Assembly: GCA_051971635.1 (NCBI GenBank) | Contig: JBFPLN010000002.1 | Coordinates: 1-35,400, forward strand | Direction: 5' to 3' | Source of the DNA: Candidatus Atelocyanobacterium thalassae | GTDB lineage: Bacteria; Cyanobacteriota; Cyanobacteriia; Cyanobacteriales; Microcystaceae | Length of the DNA: 35,400 bases | Shown here: piece by piece, positions 10,893-25,415 of the stretch | How positions within the stretch are numbered: the stretch's first letter is position 1 | Layout: the number at the start of each line of letters is the position of its first letter | Position numbers and translations under genes: made by a program | The notes under the pieces: model-generated | Told to the model about the DNA's origin: nothing | The model's database searches: none | The model's input: only the letters and a program-made list of their open reading frames with translations

Positions 10893-10966
10893 ATTTAATT
10901 TGAATAAATAATCTTAGTTAATTCTGAAGTCCAAGAATCAACTAAGATTATTTATTCAAATTAAAT
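10893..10966. terminator. Long inverted repeat between convergent genes (33-bp arms, 1 mismatch, 8-nt loop)
   Basis: ATTTAATTTGAATAAATAATCTTAGTTAATTCT / AGAATCAACTAAGATTATTTATTCAAATTAAAT. Confidence 0.75.
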
Positions 10967-11080
10967 CATAATATTTTTATAATATAGTCATACGAGATAA
11001 ATACTACCCAATTTCTTCAATATATTATTGGAAGTAATCTTAAGCATGTAGATAATACATATTTAGAGCTATTAAATTTA

Positions 11081-12472
11081 TCAAAATTCTGCATTTAAAG
11101 GAGTTCTAGGAAAAGGAATCACCTCCCTAATATTCTTCACTCCTGTGATGAACTGTACCATTCTTTCAAAGCCTAGACCAAATCCTGAGTGTGGAACAGT
11201 ACCATATCTTCGCAGATCTAAATACCACCATAAATCTTCAGTAACAATTTTTTGTTTTTCAAGCCTTTCCTCTAATATGTTTAGTCTTTCTTCTCGTTGA
11301 GAACCACCAATGATTTCACCAATTTTAGGAAATAGAATGTCCATGGCAGCTACCGTTTTTTGGTCATCATTTAAACGCATATAAAATGCTTTAGTGACCG
11401 CAGGATAATTAGTCACAATTACAGGACTTTTAAATACTTCCTCTGCCAAATAACGCTCATGTTCAGCTTGTAGATCAATTCCCCATTCCACTGTATACTC
11501 AAATTTCTTATTAGATTTTTCTAATAAGTCAATAGCATTTGTATAAGTTATACGTTCAAATTTTTGATTAATAATCTTTTCTGCTGTCTCAAGAACTGTT
11601 GTATCAATATACTTATTAAAGAATTCCATGTCCTCAGGACAGCTTTCTAATACACTTTTAAAAACATATTTTAAAAATTCTTCCGCCACATCTTGATTTC
11701 CCTCAATGTCACAAAAAGCCATTTCTGGTTCTACCATCCAAAATTCAGCTAAGTGGCGAGAAGTATTAGAATTTTCTGCTCTGAATGTAGGACCAAAAGT
11801 GTAAACATTTTGAAAGGCCATAGCCATAACTTCAGCTTCTAATTGACCGCTCACTGTTAAATATGTTGGCTTACCAAAAAAATCTTGTCCATACTCAATA
11901 TTACCTTTTTCATTATGTGGAATATTGTATAAGTCAAGATTTGTAACTTTAAATAAATCTCCTGCTCCTTCACAATCATTGGCTGTAATGATAGGTGTAT
12001 GAATTAAAATAAATCCTTTTTCTTGAAAGAATTTATGTATAGCCATAGCACAGGAATTTCTAATTCTCATTACTGCACCTAATGTATTAGTGCGACTTCT
12101 TAGATGGCCTATAGTACGTAAAAATTCAAACGAATGACGTTTTTTTTGAAGAGGATATATTTCCGGATTTGAACTGCCATACAGTTTTATTGTAGTAGCT
12201 TTTAACTCAATATTTTGGTTTTTACCTGGTGAAGTGACTAATGTTCCTGAAATTTCTACAGAAGAGCCTGTATTTAACAGCGTAAGAATTTCCTCATAAT
12301 TAGTAATAGTTTTATCAAAAATAACTTGTAAACTCTTTAAGCTAGAGCCGTCATTAACTTCAATAAAAGAAAACTCTTTTAACTCTCGTTTTGTACGTAC
12401 CCATCCCTGAACAATTGTATCCTCATCAGTTACTCCGTTACGAAATACATCTTTTATACGTTTTGCTTGCAT
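11081..12472 (-). CDS. asnS: Asparagine--tRNA ligase
   Basis: GWVRTKR OB fold, YLTVSGQL, YTFGPTFRAENSNTSRHLAEFWMVEPE, GEIIGGSQREER, PHSGFGLGFER. Confidence 0.97.
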   Translation of the reverse strand: MQAKRIKDVFRNGVTDEDTIVQGWVRTKRELKEFSFIEVNDGSSLKSLQVIFDKTITNYEEILTLLNTGSSVEISGTLVTSPGKNQNIELKATTIKLYGSSNPEIYPLQKKRHSFEFLRTIGHLRSRTNTLGAVMRIRNSCAMAIHKFFQEKGFILIHTPIITANDCEGAGDLFKVTNLDLYNIPHNEKGNIEYGQDFFGKPTYLTVSGQLEAEVMAMAFQNVYTFGPTFRAENSNTSRHLAEFWMVEPEMAFCDIEGNQDVAEEFLKYVFKSVLESCPEDMEFFNKYIDTTVLETAEKIINQKFERITYTNAIDLLEKSNKKFEYTVEWGIDLQAEHERYLAEEVFKSPVIVTNYPAVTKAFYMRLNDDQKTVAAMDILFPKIGEIIGGSQREERLNILEERLEKQKIVTEDLWWYLDLRRYGTVPHSGFGLGFERMVQFITGVKNIREVIPFPRTPLNAEF

Positions 12473-12838
12473 TATTTATTTAATATTTTATAAAACTATT
12501 TTGATTATATGGTATCAAATTTTGTTTCTAAAATTGTTAATAATAGTTTTCCGACTTTATAGAAATGATTAAAGTTATAAATATATCTTCTTTTACAAAA
12601 CTAACTTGAGTATGGATTTAAAATTATAAGTTTGTAAATTATCTTATATTTAAGATTCTAAATCAAACTATATGTATACATTATGTTTATGCCAAAACAA
12701 TGAATTGCTTCTATCTTTTAAGTTAAATAAAATATATTACTGATACTATAATCATATATCAGTAACATAATATTCTAATACTTTTAAAGTAGTTTAGATT
12801 AAGTGAAAAATTCTTTAAATTTTTATAATTAACTGAGT

Positions 12839-13792
12839 TTAAACTTCTTCTTCATGATATTCAATTTGTTTATCTGGAATATTGATGGGATTAGAAGTAT
12901 ATGATTCTACCTCAGATTTATCTTCCCAGACATCACTTTGTTCCTCGTGAAATTTGTTCTGCTTTTCTTTATAGTTAGTTGCTTGGGATACATTTTCTTC
13001 TTGTTGTACTTCCTCCCAGTTTGTTTCTTCATAATCATTCTCATGTTCTTGATAGTGAATAGGCTTTCTTTCTTGTTTTGGAGAAGTAAAGCTTACTGGC
13101 TCTCCTGGTATATTTTCATTCCACTGTTCATCTATCAAAGATTCTCTTACTTGTACAGCATTTCTCACAGGAATTCCAGTTCCTAGCTGATTTTCAGGTT
13201 TTGTTGTTGAAGAAGAATAGAGATAATCTTCATCATCTTTCTCCCAAGGAGCTTGGCTAACACCTAAACGCTGTAAAACTCCCATAGTCAACTGTGTAAG
13301 TCGTTCTTCTGCCCCTTCAAAGACGATTAAACGATTAGGGCCATTACTAACTACTTCATCCATTGAAATCTCATACGTACTTAAGATTTGATCGGGAATT
13401 TGAGGGTAACCTAATGAAGCAATAATTATAGATAAGACTTTACCTGTTGCCAAATCAAATTGAAAATCTCTAACACGTCCTAGAGATTCTCCTGACTCAG
13501 TAACAACCTCGCAATTAATCAGTGGGGAATACAAATTAGTATCAACAATTTCAACTGCATTTTCATTATCAACTAAAATAACATCCCCTATTTGACAAAT
13601 GCTTGTAATATAAATATGGTCTGGTACCCCTGAGATGGAAAACATATTATCTCGTAGACCAAGAGCAACTACTTCTTGTTGATCGATATCAACTAAAATT
13701 TCTTTAACAACTCCTAATCTTTTACCCTCTTCTCGAGTAATTACTTGTGTATTAACAAATTCGTTACGTAGCCGAATATTATCTATAGTCAT
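12839..13792 (-). CDS. Tandem PRC-barrel domain protein with acidic tail
   Basis: NTQVITREEGKRLGVVKEILVD...QIGDVILVD and LINCEVVTESGESLGRVRDFQFD (two PRC barrels); acidic low-complexity C-terminus. Confidence 0.85.
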   Translation of the reverse strand: MTIDNIRLRNEFVNTQVITREEGKRLGVVKEILVDIDQQEVVALGLRDNMFSISGVPDHIYITSICQIGDVILVDNENAVEIVDTNLYSPLINCEVVTESGESLGRVRDFQFDLATGKVLSIIIASLGYPQIPDQILSTYEISMDEVVSNGPNRLIVFEGAEERLTQLTMGVLQRLGVSQAPWEKDDEDYLYSSSTTKPENQLGTGIPVRNAVQVRESLIDEQWNENIPGEPVSFTSPKQERKPIHYQEHENDYEETNWEEVQQEENVSQATNYKEKQNKFHEEQSDVWEDKSEVESYTSNPINIPDKQIEYHEEEV

Positions 13793-14648
13793 TTTATCTT
13801 AAGTTAAATTTTTAGTTTTTTGGAAATAGAAAAATTAATAACAGATATTTCAGTGAGATGATTTAGTCTTAATTTATTGATAATAACTTAAGCATTTATA
13901 TTAAGCTATAATTTAAATAGAATGAATAATTTATTTACCTTTATGTAATAAAACCGTATAAAAGTAAATCAAGCTATTTTCTACTCCGCAATGATTTTCT
14001 ATACTTCCACTTCTACTACTATATTAACATTTATTAGATTCTAATATTTTATAGATACAATGTTATTCTTCATAACATACTCGTAGAAATATTTAAGTTA
14101 TAAATATTTCAAAATATATTAATAAGTTATCTTTTACTAAGACATAAGTTATTAATTATAATTAGTAGTGTCCGATATTTATACTTTCTAGAGGTTGAGG
14201 GCATAAAGTATCAAAATAAATTTATTGTATATAAAAAATTAAGATATATAAAAATAAATATTTCTCGAATAAATTGAGTTTTATTAACAGATTATTAAAA
14301 TATAGATTGATTGATATTTTTTAAATTGAAAATTATTTAGTAAGCATCTATTATAGACTTCAATTTCACAGTGTTTTCATTTTATTTCCTAATATAATAT
14401 TAAATTTCTTCAATAGAAAAATTAAAAATAATAATAAACCTATTGAATATATTATTTTTTAAATTAGTTAAACTACAATGAATTTTAAAATTTTTTAAAA
14501 CCTCATAGATATTGAGATAATTTCAGGGAATAGTCATAAAATATAAATAGTAGATTATATTTTAAAAATATCGGTTATTAAAAATATCATATGGAACGAA
14601 TAAAATTTATTTGTCTTTTTGCTTTAAATTTAGATTCATTTATTTTGA

Positions 14649-15680
<1,032 letters not shown>

Positions 15681-16215
15681 TTTGTATTATTCAAACAAGA
15701 TAAGGAAATTATTTAAAAACGTCTCTAATAAATACTTCGTAACAGTAAGAGTTTCTTATTTAATAATATATAAGTTAAAAAGTATTTATTATAGGTTTTC
15801 ATACAATCTAGTTTCATATTAATACTTTGTAAGTATTAAACATATTTGAAAAAAGCTTTTCATGAATAATTTAAAACTTACGATCACTAACTAAGTTTAT
15901 TTTTTAGGCTATAACTTCATAAAATAATTTAGTTATATTAAAACTACTAATGAATAAGTACATTCTCATATAAATAAAAAAGGTGATATATGAATTTAAA
16001 AAGTAAAATCGATTATTTAAACTATAGATAATATTGAACAATCAACTGCTTAGTGCGATTACTAAAATCTTTAATTTTTAACGTCATTTAGTAGTATACT
16101 CGGTGTACGCAATTTACATTATTAAAACTAATTGTTTAATTATGTTTATCAACTACTTCTTGTAAAAATTTATTGATTTTTAAAGTATTGTTTAATTTAT
16201 ATTAAAAACTTTCTA

Positions 16216-17418
16216 ATGTCTAAGAAAACTTTGGCATATTTATCAGAACAAGAAATTACTGGAAAACGAGTACTTGTGAGGACTGATTTTAATGTTCCTG
16301 TGAAAGATAAACTAATTGTGGACGATACTAGAATTCGTGCAGCTTTACCAACTATCAAAAAACTTATTGCTCAAAAAGCAAAAGTTATTCTTTGTAGTCA
16401 TATGGGCCGTCCTCAAGGAAAAATAATTCAATCCATGAGTTTAGCTCCTGTTGCAATTCATTTGTCTAAATTATTAAAGCAAAAAATAATAATGTGTGAT
16501 GAATGTGTTGGTGACTCTGTTACAAACGTTATTAATAATCTAAAAGATGGTGAGATCGTTTTATTAGAGAATCTTCGCTTTCATCAAGAAGAAGAAGTTA
16601 ACGACTCTGAATTTGCAAAAAAATTAGCGAGTTATGCAGATATATATGTAAATGATGCTTTTGGCTCCGTTCATAGATCTCATGCTTCCATTGAAGGGAT
16701 AACACATCATTTAAACTTTAATGTTGCAGGATATCTAATTGAGAAAGAGCTTAAATATCTTAATGATTATATTAATAAGCCTCAACGTCCTCTAGCAGCT
16801 ATTATAGGAGGTTCTAAAGTCTCTAGTAAAATAGATATTATTGAGGCTTTGCTTGATAAATGCGATAAATTACTTCTTGGTGGAGGGATGGTATTTACAT
16901 TTTATAAAGCTAGAGGGCTAGATATCGGTAAATCTCTAGTTGAAGATGAAAAATTAGACTTAGCAAGATTCTTAGAAATTAAAGCTAAAACAAAAGGTGT
17001 GGAATTAATAATGCCTACTGATGTAGTCATAGCAGATAGTTTCTCTCCGGATGCAATTTCTAAAACTATCAGTATTAATAACATTAGAAATAATTGGATG
17101 GGGTTAGATATTGGCAATCAATCTATTAAGACCTTCAAGGAAACCTTACAAGACTGTAAGACGGTGATTTGGAATGGTCCTATGGGGGTATGTGAATTTG
17201 AAAAATTTGCTGTTGGAACTCAAGAAATTGCCAATACTTTAGTGGAATTAACTGAAAAAGGTGCTATTACTATTGTTGGAGGTGGTGATTCTGTAGCTGC
17301 CATAAATAAAATAGGCATAGCTAAGAAAATAAGCCATATATCTACAGGAGGGGGTGCTAGCTTAGCATTGTTAGAAAATAAAGAATTACCTGGTATTGCT
17401 GCTTTAGATGATATATAG
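16216..17418 (+). CDS. pgk: Phosphoglycerate kinase
   Basis: [61 protein letters not shown]. Confidence 0.97.
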   Translation: MSKKTLAYLSEQEITGKRVLVRTDFNVPVKDKLIVDDTRIRAALPTIKKLIAQKAKVILCSHMGRPQGKIIQSMSLAPVAIHLSKLLKQKIIMCDECVGDSVTNVINNLKDGEIVLLENLRFHQEEEVNDSEFAKKLASYADIYVNDAFGSVHRSHASIEGITHHLNFNVAGYLIEKELKYLNDYINKPQRPLAAIIGGSKVSSKIDIIEALLDKCDKLLLGGGMVFTFYKARGLDIGKSLVEDEKLDLARFLEIKAKTKGVELIMPTDVVIADSFSPDAISKTISINNIRNNWMGLDIGNQSIKTFKETLQDCKTVIWNGPMGVCEFEKFAVGTQEIANTLVELTEKGAITIVGGGDSVAAINKIGIAKKISHISTGGGASLALLENKELPGIAALDDI

Positions 17419-17500
17419 GAAATATTGTGAGCCTAATACATACAGACGATAGAAAATAATTTAAAAACATATATCAAAAACGCTTTAATTATTAAAGGAC

Positions 17501-17534
17501 TTATACTTTTTATTAATATAAATAAAAAGTATAA
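17501..17534. terminator. Perfect 14-bp inverted repeat between convergent pgk and leuS
   Basis: TTATACTTTTTATT / AATAAAAAGTATAA with a 6-nt loop; very AT-rich. Confidence 0.45.
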
Positions 17535-17652
17535 ATATTAGTAAATAAGAAACGTAAACTAACATTTATACTTTGAGGTAGCTATTATTAATAATAAAAA
17601 TAAGTAATATGCTATTACTTTTCTAAATTAACTCATAAATTTATTCGTAAGT

Positions 17653-20256
17653 TCATTTGGTAAATACAAAATTGACTAATTTTTGAGGAACTATAATAAT
17701 TTTTTTGATTTCTTTTGCGTCTAGTAAACGTTTACCAATTTCTGAATTACAAACTAAATTCTCTAACTCATTATTATTAATATTGGCCGGAGCTTTAATA
17801 GTTCCTTTTGTTTTCCCCATGGCTTGGATTACTATAGTAACTTCATCTAATATCAAAGCTTCATTACTAACTATTGGCCATTTCTGGAGATGGATTGATT
17901 CTTTATGTCCTAATTTATGCCATAACTCTTCAGCGATATGAGGGGCAAAAGGTGACAATAAAATTAAAAGAGTTACTATACCTTCTTTATATACTGAAGA
18001 ATTAATATCTTTAAAATCATTAAGAACATTATTTAACTTCATTAATTCTGCAACTGCTGTATTAAGTTGATAACTTTCCTCTAAATCTTGGGATATTTCT
18101 TTAACAACAGTATGGATAAAGCGTTTTAAATCTTTTTCACTTCTAGTTAATACTTTATCTTGTACTATGTCGATAGTATCGTTTTTTATATATGAATTAA
18201 CTAAACGCCATACTCGATTTAAAAAACGAAACTGGCCCTCTACATCTGCACTGCTCCATTCTAAATCCTTTTCTGGGGGTGCTTTAAATAATATGAACAT
18301 TCTAGCAGTATCTGCTCCATATCTTCCTAAGACTTCTTGTGGATCTACTCCGTTATATTTAGACTTAGACATCTTTTCATAAAAAGCTTCAAGATTATCT
18401 CCTGTATCAGGATCTATTGGGTTTTCAGGATTTACTTTATTAAGAGGAATATATTTACCTGTTTTTAAATTCTTATATGTTATTCCTTGAACCATTCCTT
18501 GTGTTAAAAGATTTTTAAAAGGTTCATTTGTGTTGATTAGTTTTTGATCTTTTAAAAATTTTGTAAAGAAACGAGAGTATAGAAGATGCAAAATAGCATG
18601 TTCGACTCCTCCTACATATTGATCTACTGACATCCAATAGTTAACTTTATCAGTATTAAATATTTCTTGAGGATTGTTAGGATCAGTATATTTTAAATAA
18701 TACCAAGATGAATCAATAAATGTATCCATTGTATCCGTTTCACGTTTCGCTAGACTACCGCAGCTAGGACAAGTAACATTAACCCATTCTTCCAGGTTAG
18801 CCAAAGGGGAACTTCCACGTCCAGTAAATTCGACATTTTTGGGTAATTCTACTGGTAAATCAGACTCGGGAACGGGCACACTACCACAATTAGGACAATG
18901 AATAATAGGAATGGGGCAACCCCAGTAACGTTGACGAGAAATTAACCAATCTCGTAATCGATATTGTATTTTAGATTCTCCGATAGAATGCTCTTTTGCA
19001 TATTCAATAACAGCAACTTTTGCCTCTTCTGAATGCATTCCGCTAAATTGTCCAGAATTAACCATGATACCTGGCTCTATATAAGCCTCTTCTAGCGATA
19101 ATTCAGTAATTTCTTTCAAGTTAGAATTTTTAGAAAGAATAACAACTTTAATTGGTAATTGATTTTCTTTAGCAAATTTAAAATCACGATTATCATGAGC
19201 AGGAACTCCCATTACTGCCCCAGTACCATAATCAGCGAGAACATAACTTGCTATAAATACAGGTAATTCCTGACCGTTAAAAGGATTAATAACTTTTCCC
19301 CCTGTGAAAATGCCTTTTAGTGGCTTATTTTCTGCAGTACGTTCGATTTCACTTTCATTAACTATTTCTTGAATAAATTTTTCTACACCTTCTCTATATT
19401 CTGGTTTAGTTAATTTTAGTACCAGAGGATTCTCTGGTGCTAAAACTAGATATGTTACACCGTAGATAGTATCAGGACGAGTAGTAAAAATAGATATACT
19501 TTCTTTAGTGTCTTTTATAGGAAATTTTATATATGCCCCTAAAGACTTACCTATCCAATTTTCTTGCATTAGTTTTACACTGTCTGGCCATCCCTTTAAA
19601 GTATTAAGATCATCCAGCAAACGTTCAGCATAATCAGTAATTCTCAAGAACCATTGACAGAGGAGCTTCTTCTCTACTTTAGCGCCTGAACGCCAGGAAT
19701 ATCCTTCTGTATCTACCTGTTCGTTTGCTAAAACAGTTTGATCAATAGGGTCCCAATTAACAGTTGCTTCTTTTTGATAAGCTAACCCAGATTTGTAAAA
19801 CTGTAGAAATAGCCACTGTGTCCATTGGTAGTAACTAGGTGAACAAGTCGTTATTTCTCTCTCCCAATCTATTGATAATCCCAATGATTGAAGTTGCTGC
19901 CTCATGTTTGCAATATTCTTTTTTGTCCACTCCTCAGGGGAAATACCGTTATCAATAGCTGCATTTTCAGCCGGAAGTCCAAAGGCATCCCATCCCATAG
20001 GATGTAAAACAGAATATCCTTGCAATCTTTTAAAACGAGCAATTACATCGGTAATTACATAGTTTCGGACATGGCCCATATGTAAATTACCAGATGGATA
20101 AGGAAACATTGACAAAGCATAGAATTTTTGTTTTTTACTGCTTTCTAAAGTTCTATCTAATCCTTGTTTAAGCCATTCTTGTTGCCATTTTTTTTCAATT
20201 TCTGCTGGTTTATACTGGAATTCCACTACTATTTCTCTATCACGAACATTTATCAT
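17653..20256 (-). CDS. leuS: Leucine--tRNA ligase (start may be GTG at 20226)
   Basis: [13 protein letters not shown] (HIGH), editing domain FTTRPDT...[29 protein letters not shown]. Confidence 0.97.
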   Translation of the reverse strand: MINVRDREIVVEFQYKPAEIEKKWQQEWLKQGLDRTLESSKKQKFYALSMFPYPSGNLHMGHVRNYVITDVIARFKRLQGYSVLHPMGWDAFGLPAENAAIDNGISPEEWTKKNIANMRQQLQSLGLSIDWEREITTCSPSYYQWTQWLFLQFYKSGLAYQKEATVNWDPIDQTVLANEQVDTEGYSWRSGAKVEKKLLCQWFLRITDYAERLLDDLNTLKGWPDSVKLMQENWIGKSLGAYIKFPIKDTKESISIFTTRPDTIYGVTYLVLAPENPLVLKLTKPEYREGVEKFIQEIVNESEIERTAENKPLKGIFTGGKVINPFNGQELPVFIASYVLADYGTGAVMGVPAHDNRDFKFAKENQLPIKVVILSKNSNLKEITELSLEEAYIEPGIMVNSGQFSGMHSEEAKVAVIEYAKEHSIGESKIQYRLRDWLISRQRYWGCPIPIIHCPNCGSVPVPESDLPVELPKNVEFTGRGSSPLANLEEWVNVTCPSCGSLAKRETDTMDTFIDSSWYYLKYTDPNNPQEIFNTDKVNYWMSVDQYVGGVEHAILHLLYSRFFTKFLKDQKLINTNEPFKNLLTQGMVQGITYKNLKTGKYIPLNKVNPENPIDPDTGDNLEAFYEKMSKSKYNGVDPQEVLGRYGADTARMFILFKAPPEKDLEWSSADVEGQFRFLNRVWRLVNSYIKNDTIDIVQDKVLTRSEKDLKRFIHTVVKEISQDLEESYQLNTAVAELMKLNNVLNDFKDINSSVYKEGIVTLLILLSPFAPHIAEELWHKLGHKESIHLQKWPIVSNEALILDEVTIVIQAMGKTKGTIKAPANINNNELENLVCNSEIGKRLLDAKEIKKIIIVPQKLVNFVFTK

Positions 20257-20571
20257 TGTTAATTATCTCTGATTTTTGGAATATAAACTTATCTGTAACT
20301 TTATTTTTAAAATTTGTATAATGACTTGACAAATATGGCCAATTATAAGGAATTAGATATTTTCTTCTTTACTATTAATATCCCACTGGAAAAATATTAA
20401 TAATTAAAGTACCCAATATGTATGAAATAATATATCTAATACTTTATAGACTTTGGCTTCTTAAATAAGACTAATTGATACTTATATCAAAAATTCTATA
20501 AGTCATTTAAGAGTTTTTGCCTTACAATATAATTGGATTTTCATCTTTAATGGATTAATTTGTGATCTTGA

Positions 20572-23481
20572 GTGAAACAACTTCCAGATTCTCTTCAACC
20601 AAATATTAAAAAACTGTTTCCGTTTCAGTTAGATAAGTTCCAACAAGATTCTATTACTGCTTTAAACAAAGGAAAATCTATTGTTGTGTGTGCTCCTACT
20701 GGTTCAGGTAAAACACTGATCGGAGAGTATGCTATTTATCGTGCATTAAATCTTAAGCAAAGAGTTTTCTATACTACACCCCTCAAAGCTCTTTCTAATC
20801 AAAAATTTCGAGATTTTCGGGAAAAATTTGCTACTAAAAATGGGAAAATCGATGAAAGTATGGTGGGATTAATCACAGGAGATACTGTACTTAATGCCAA
20901 TGCTTCCATTGTTATCATGACTACTGAAATTTTTCGTAATATGCTATATGAAACTACTATAGGTGAGGTAGGAACATCATTGAAAAATGTTGTTACAGTA
21001 GTTTTGGATGAGTGCCATTATATTAGTAACCGTGGTCGCGGAACAGTTTGGGAAGAATCTATTATTTATTGTCCACCCAATATTCAATTAGTTGCCCTTT
21101 CTGCAACTATCGGTAATCCTCAAGAATTAACTGAATGGATCAATCAAGTACGAACATCCTTTCTAAATACAAATTCTGATAAAGGGTTACTTAGTTTGTG
21201 TGAACTAGTTAATTCGGATTTTCGACCAGTACCTCTCCGGTTTTATTTTAGTCAAAAGAATGGTTTATTCCCTCTGTTAAATTCTCAGAAAATTGCTTTA
21301 AATCCACTCTTAAAGTATCAGGGGTCAAAAGATAAACAAAGACGCACAAAAAAAGGAGATTTTCCTGATCCTTTGACTGTCGTTAAACAGCTCCATGAAA
21401 GAAAATTATTACCATCCATTTATATTATTTTTAGTCGTCGTGAATGTGATAAAGCTGTACAAAAAATGCATGATCTAGTTCTTGTCTCTCCTGAAGAGGC
21501 TCATACTTTACAATATAACCTGCTTATCTTTTTTTTGGCGGATAGTCCAAATTTACAAAAAAGTCTTTTAAAAATTATAGCCTTAGAAAATTTAGCACTA
21601 CATGAAGTATTAAAAGATTTTCTAAAAACTCTATCAATTCATTCTTCTTTATTTTCTTATTTAGCTCATAACAAAAACTCTAAAAACTATTTATTTCAAG
21701 TACTTGCTAATTTATGTAATTTAGTTAGAGCAGATCAACTTGAGCCCTTGACGAGAGGTGTCGCAGCCCATCATGCAGGTATTTTACCTGCATGGAAAGA
21801 ATTGATAGAACAACTCTTTGAAGTAGGATTAGTTAAAGTAGTGTTTGCTACTGCTACTTTGTCAGCAGGAATTAATATGCCTGCAAGAACAACAGTAATC
21901 TCTACCTTATCAAGACGAACTGATACTGGTCATAGCATATTAAGTCCTTCTGAATTTTTACAAATTGCTGGTCGAGCCGGTCGTCGAGGAATGGACAAAG
22001 TAGGTCATGTGGTAGTAGTTCAGACAGCATTTGAAGGTCCAGCAGAAGCTGCTTATCTTGCTACTGCAGAATCTGAGTCCCTCAAAAGCTGCTTCACTCC
22101 TTCTTATGGAATGGTATTAAATTTACTACAAAAACATACAATTCAGGAAACAAAAAACCTTTTAGAGAAAAGTTTTGCTGAATATTTAGCTAAATTAAAA
22201 TTACAGCCAGAACAACAAGCAATCTTCTGTTTAAATACACAATTAAAAAAATTAAATATTCAGTTAGAGGGGTTTAAAGAAGAAGATATTTTGAAATATG
22301 AAGCTTTAAATACTCTCTTAAAAGAGGAAAAAAAACTTTTAAAAATTTTATATAGTCAAAATAAGAAGAAACGGAAAAAAGAAATTTCTTCTCATATAAA
22401 AAAAATAAGTTCAGGAGATTTACTATATCTTAAAAGCCAGAGATTAAAACTTCCCACGTCTTGCTTGGCCGTTGTTGTTACTTCGATGTCTTCAGATCAA
22501 AGAATTAACTTACTTTGTCTAGGAAATAATAATTATTGGTATCTAGTTAAACAAGAAGATATTGTTAATATTTACAAATTTTCTGTATCTGCTTCTCTAA
22601 TAGATAAGCTAAAAGTCCCTGATATAAAACAATTCTCTTTCGGAAGAGGACCTAAAGGAGATTGTTCTTACGATGAGATACATCAAATAATGAAAACATA
22701 TAACCCTAATATTGCTATTCCACAAGAGATAATTAATCAGCAAAACAAAGTTAATGATATTGAAGTATCTCTAAACAATATTTTTTCTATTAATCAAAAA
22801 GATACTGTACAACTATTTAAATCCTATTATGAAAGATTAGAATTAGAGAAAAAGTTATATTCTAAACAAAGTAAATTTCAAAAATTACAATCTAATCACT
22901 CATACTATTGGCAAGAATTTCTCAATCTAATAGAAGTTTTACGCGATCTTGACGCTTTAGAAGATTATACACCTACAGTATTGGGACAAGCTACTGCTAC
23001 TCTAAGAGGAGAGAATGAGTTATGGCTGGGCATAATATTTATGTCGGGGATATTAGATAATTTGTGCTCTCATCATTTAGCAGCACTAGTAAGTGCAACG
23101 ATTACAGAAACTTTACGTCCTGATACCTGGACAAATTACTTGCCATCTTCAGAAGTGTTAGATATGGTGAACAATTCTTCAGACAATAAAATTAATATCA
23201 CCCAAATATATCATTTATTAAACGAAGTACAAAAACAGTATCAAATTACAATTCCTGTTTATTTAGAACTAAAACTTATAGGACTGGTAGAAAAATGGGC
23301 TTTAGGTGAAGACTGGCAAAACTTATGTAAGAATACTAGTTTAGATGAAGGGGATCTGGTACGTTTATTGAGACGTACAATTGATTTACTATCTCAAATA
23401 CCTCATACACCAGGTCTTTCTAGTTCTTTAATTAAAAATGCAGAGAAGGCAGTAATTCAATTAAAAAGATTTCCTGTTTAA
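20572..23481 (+). CDS. Ski2-like (HelY/DOB1) DExH RNA helicase with DSHCT C-terminal domain (GTG start)
   Basis: APTGSGKT, TTPLKALSNQK, MTTEIFRNML, DECH, LSAT, HHAGILP, ATATLSAGINMPART, QIAGRAGRRG, C-terminal LDEGDLVRLLRRTIDLLSQI. Confidence 0.9.
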   Translation: MKQLPDSLQPNIKKLFPFQLDKFQQDSITALNKGKSIVVCAPTGSGKTLIGEYAIYRALNLKQRVFYTTPLKALSNQKFRDFREKFATKNGKIDESMVGLITGDTVLNANASIVIMTTEIFRNMLYETTIGEVGTSLKNVVTVVLDECHYISNRGRGTVWEESIIYCPPNIQLVALSATIGNPQELTEWINQVRTSFLNTNSDKGLLSLCELVNSDFRPVPLRFYFSQKNGLFPLLNSQKIALNPLLKYQGSKDKQRRTKKGDFPDPLTVVKQLHERKLLPSIYIIFSRRECDKAVQKMHDLVLVSPEEAHTLQYNLLIFFLADSPNLQKSLLKIIALENLALHEVLKDFLKTLSIHSSLFSYLAHNKNSKNYLFQVLANLCNLVRADQLEPLTRGVAAHHAGILPAWKELIEQLFEVGLVKVVFATATLSAGINMPARTTVISTLSRRTDTGHSILSPSEFLQIAGRAGRRGMDKVGHVVVVQTAFEGPAEAAYLATAESESLKSCFTPSYGMVLNLLQKHTIQETKNLLEKSFAEYLAKLKLQPEQQAIFCLNTQLKKLNIQLEGFKEEDILKYEALNTLLKEEKKLLKILYSQNKKKRKKEISSHIKKISSGDLLYLKSQRLKLPTSCLAVVVTSMSSDQRINLLCLGNNNYWYLVKQEDIVNIYKFSVSASLIDKLKVPDIKQFSFGRGPKGDCSYDEIHQIMKTYNPNIAIPQEIINQQNKVNDIEVSLNNIFSINQKDTVQLFKSYYERLELEKKLYSKQSKFQKLQSNHSYYWQEFLNLIEVLRDLDALEDYTPTVLGQATATLRGENELWLGIIFMSGILDNLCSHHLAALVSATITETLRPDTWTNYLPSSEVLDMVNNSSDNKINITQIYHLLNEVQKQYQITIPVYLELKLIGLVEKWALGEDWQNLCKNTSLDEGDLVRLLRRTIDLLSQIPHTPGLSSSLIKNAEKAVIQLKRFPV

Positions 23482-23531
23482 ATTTGGAAAATCACCTTTG
23501 TAGAGTTTCTTTGGTCTTTATAGTAATTTTT

Positions 23532-25415
23532 TCAACTAGGATGAAAATATTCGTAAATCTCCTTAGCTAGATATTGACCTATTCCTGAAACTTTTTGCAA
23601 ACTTTCAACAGAAGCTTCTCTAATATAATCAACTGAATGGAAAAAGGAAAGAAGTTCTTTTTGCTTTCGAAATCCTAAACCAGTTATATCATCTAGCTGG
23701 GAAGAGCGACTTTGTCTAAGTCTTTGTTGGCGGTGGTAATTAATAGCAAAACGATGTGCCTCATCTCTTATTTTTCTTAACAACTTTAAACCTGGTTGTT
23801 CTGGATTAGTTATTAAAGAGTTAGAATTTCCTGGCAAAAATATCTCTTCCTTTTTTTTTGCCAAACTAATGACTTTTATTAAAGGGAAAAGCTTCATCTC
23901 TATTAAAATTTTGACTACTGCAGAAAGTTGTCCTTTACCACCATCAATTAAGATTAAGTCTGGATAATCATCTGATTTTAATAAATCTTCTGTTGCTAAA
24001 TTACGGTAGGCATGAAATCTTCTACTAATAACTTCTGCAAGACATGCAAAATCGTCAGAATGGCCTAACTCTATATTATTATTTTGAATTTTGTAGTGGC
24101 GATAAGACTGTTGTGACGGAATTCCGTTAATAAAAACGACTTGTGATGCAACAGCATTGGATCCTTGCATATGAGAAATATCATAGCCTTCTATCCTATG
24201 TGGAACATCCTTCAAATTTAATATTTTAGTTAAATCTTGTAAGGATAATAAATTTTGTTGTATATCTCTTTGTGTTTTTTCTAGTTCATATGTTGCATTA
24301 CGTTGAACTAAGTTAATAATTTCGATTTTCTGTTGCTTTTTAGGAACAGTAATAATAACTTTTTTACCTTTTTTATCTTTTAACCAGTTAGTAAAATCTT
24401 TTATTTTAGGAAGTTCATACTGCACCAAAATTTCATTTGGTATTTCTACTGGCTCTACTTGCCAATAATGTTCTTCTAAAACCCTTTGTAATATACTTCC
24501 AGATATTCCAAGAGTGTTGTCAGCAAAAAATCCTAGACGACCTATCAAGCGTCCTCCACGAATTTGAAATAATTGTACACAAGTGGAATAATTGTCAGAG
24601 GCTAGAGCGATTACATCTTGTGAGATTGTATCGTTCGGTAGAACTACTTTTTGATCTACGCTAAGCTCTTGAAGCGCCTCAATTCGGTCTCGTATTTGCG
24701 CTGCTTGCTCAAATTTTAACTGTGTAGCATACAATTTCATTTGAGTATCTAGCCTCTGTACTAATTCTTCAGTACGACCTTGAAATATCATTGCTATCTT
24801 AGTAACAATTTTATGATACTGATTAGAAGTAATTAATTTTTGACAAACACCAGAACAGCGCCCGATATCATAATTTAAGCAAGGTCTATCTTTAAATAAA
24901 GGACGCGTTCTTTGACGCAAAGGAAAAACACGTTTAATCAAACGTAGTGTTTCTCTTAATTTATGAGTATCAACATATGGTCCATAATAACGATCCTTTT
25001 TATTACCAAGTCGTCTTTTGCGAGTAATGAGTATTCTTGGATATTCTTCAGACCAAGTAATACAGACATAAGGATATTTTTTATCATCTTTTAAAAGTAC
25101 ATTAAAATATGGTTGATATTGCTTAATCAAATTAGCTTCTAAAGCTAATGCTTCTGCCTCAGTATCAGTAACAATAAATTCTATATTGTTAACTTGTTGC
25201 AGCATTAAATTAATGCGAGGTGTATGAGTATGATACTTTCCTTCCTGAAAATAAGAACGGACCCTTGTTCTTAATCTTTTAGATTTACCAATATAAAGAA
25301 TATCTTCTTGTTTATCTAGCATAAAATAGATGCCAGGTTTCAATGGAAATTCTTTTAGTTTATTCTTTAAGGCATCGTTGTTTAACAATAATTGTTTATG
25401 TTTTTGCATAACCAA
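23532..25415 (-). CDS. uvrC: Excinuclease ABC subunit C
   Basis: GIY-YIG domain (PGIYFM...[17 protein letters not shown]), [42 protein letters not shown], HhH tail. Confidence 0.97.
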   Translation of the reverse strand: MVMQKHKQLLLNNDALKNKLKEFPLKPGIYFMLDKQEDILYIGKSKRLRTRVRSYFQEGKYHTHTPRINLMLQQVNNIEFIVTDTEAEALALEANLIKQYQPYFNVLLKDDKKYPYVCITWSEEYPRILITRKRRLGNKKDRYYGPYVDTHKLRETLRLIKRVFPLRQRTRPLFKDRPCLNYDIGRCSGVCQKLITSNQYHKIVTKIAMIFQGRTEELVQRLDTQMKLYATQLKFEQAAQIRDRIEALQELSVDQKVVLPNDTISQDVIALASDNYSTCVQLFQIRGGRLIGRLGFFADNTLGISGSILQRVLEEHYWQVEPVEIPNEILVQYELPKIKDFTNWLKDKKGKKVIITVPKKQQKIEIINLVQRNATYELEKTQRDIQQNLLSLQDLTKILNLKDVPHRIEGYDISHMQGSNAVASQVVFINGIPSQQSYRHYKIQNNNIELGHSDDFACLAEVISRRFHAYRNLATEDLLKSDDYPDLILIDGGKGQLSAVVKILIEMKLFPLIKVISLAKKKEEIFLPGNSNSLITNPEQPGLKLLRKIRDEAHRFAINYHRQQRLRQSRSSQLDDITGLGFRKQKELLSFFHSVDYIREASVESLQKVSGIGQYLAKEIYEYFHPS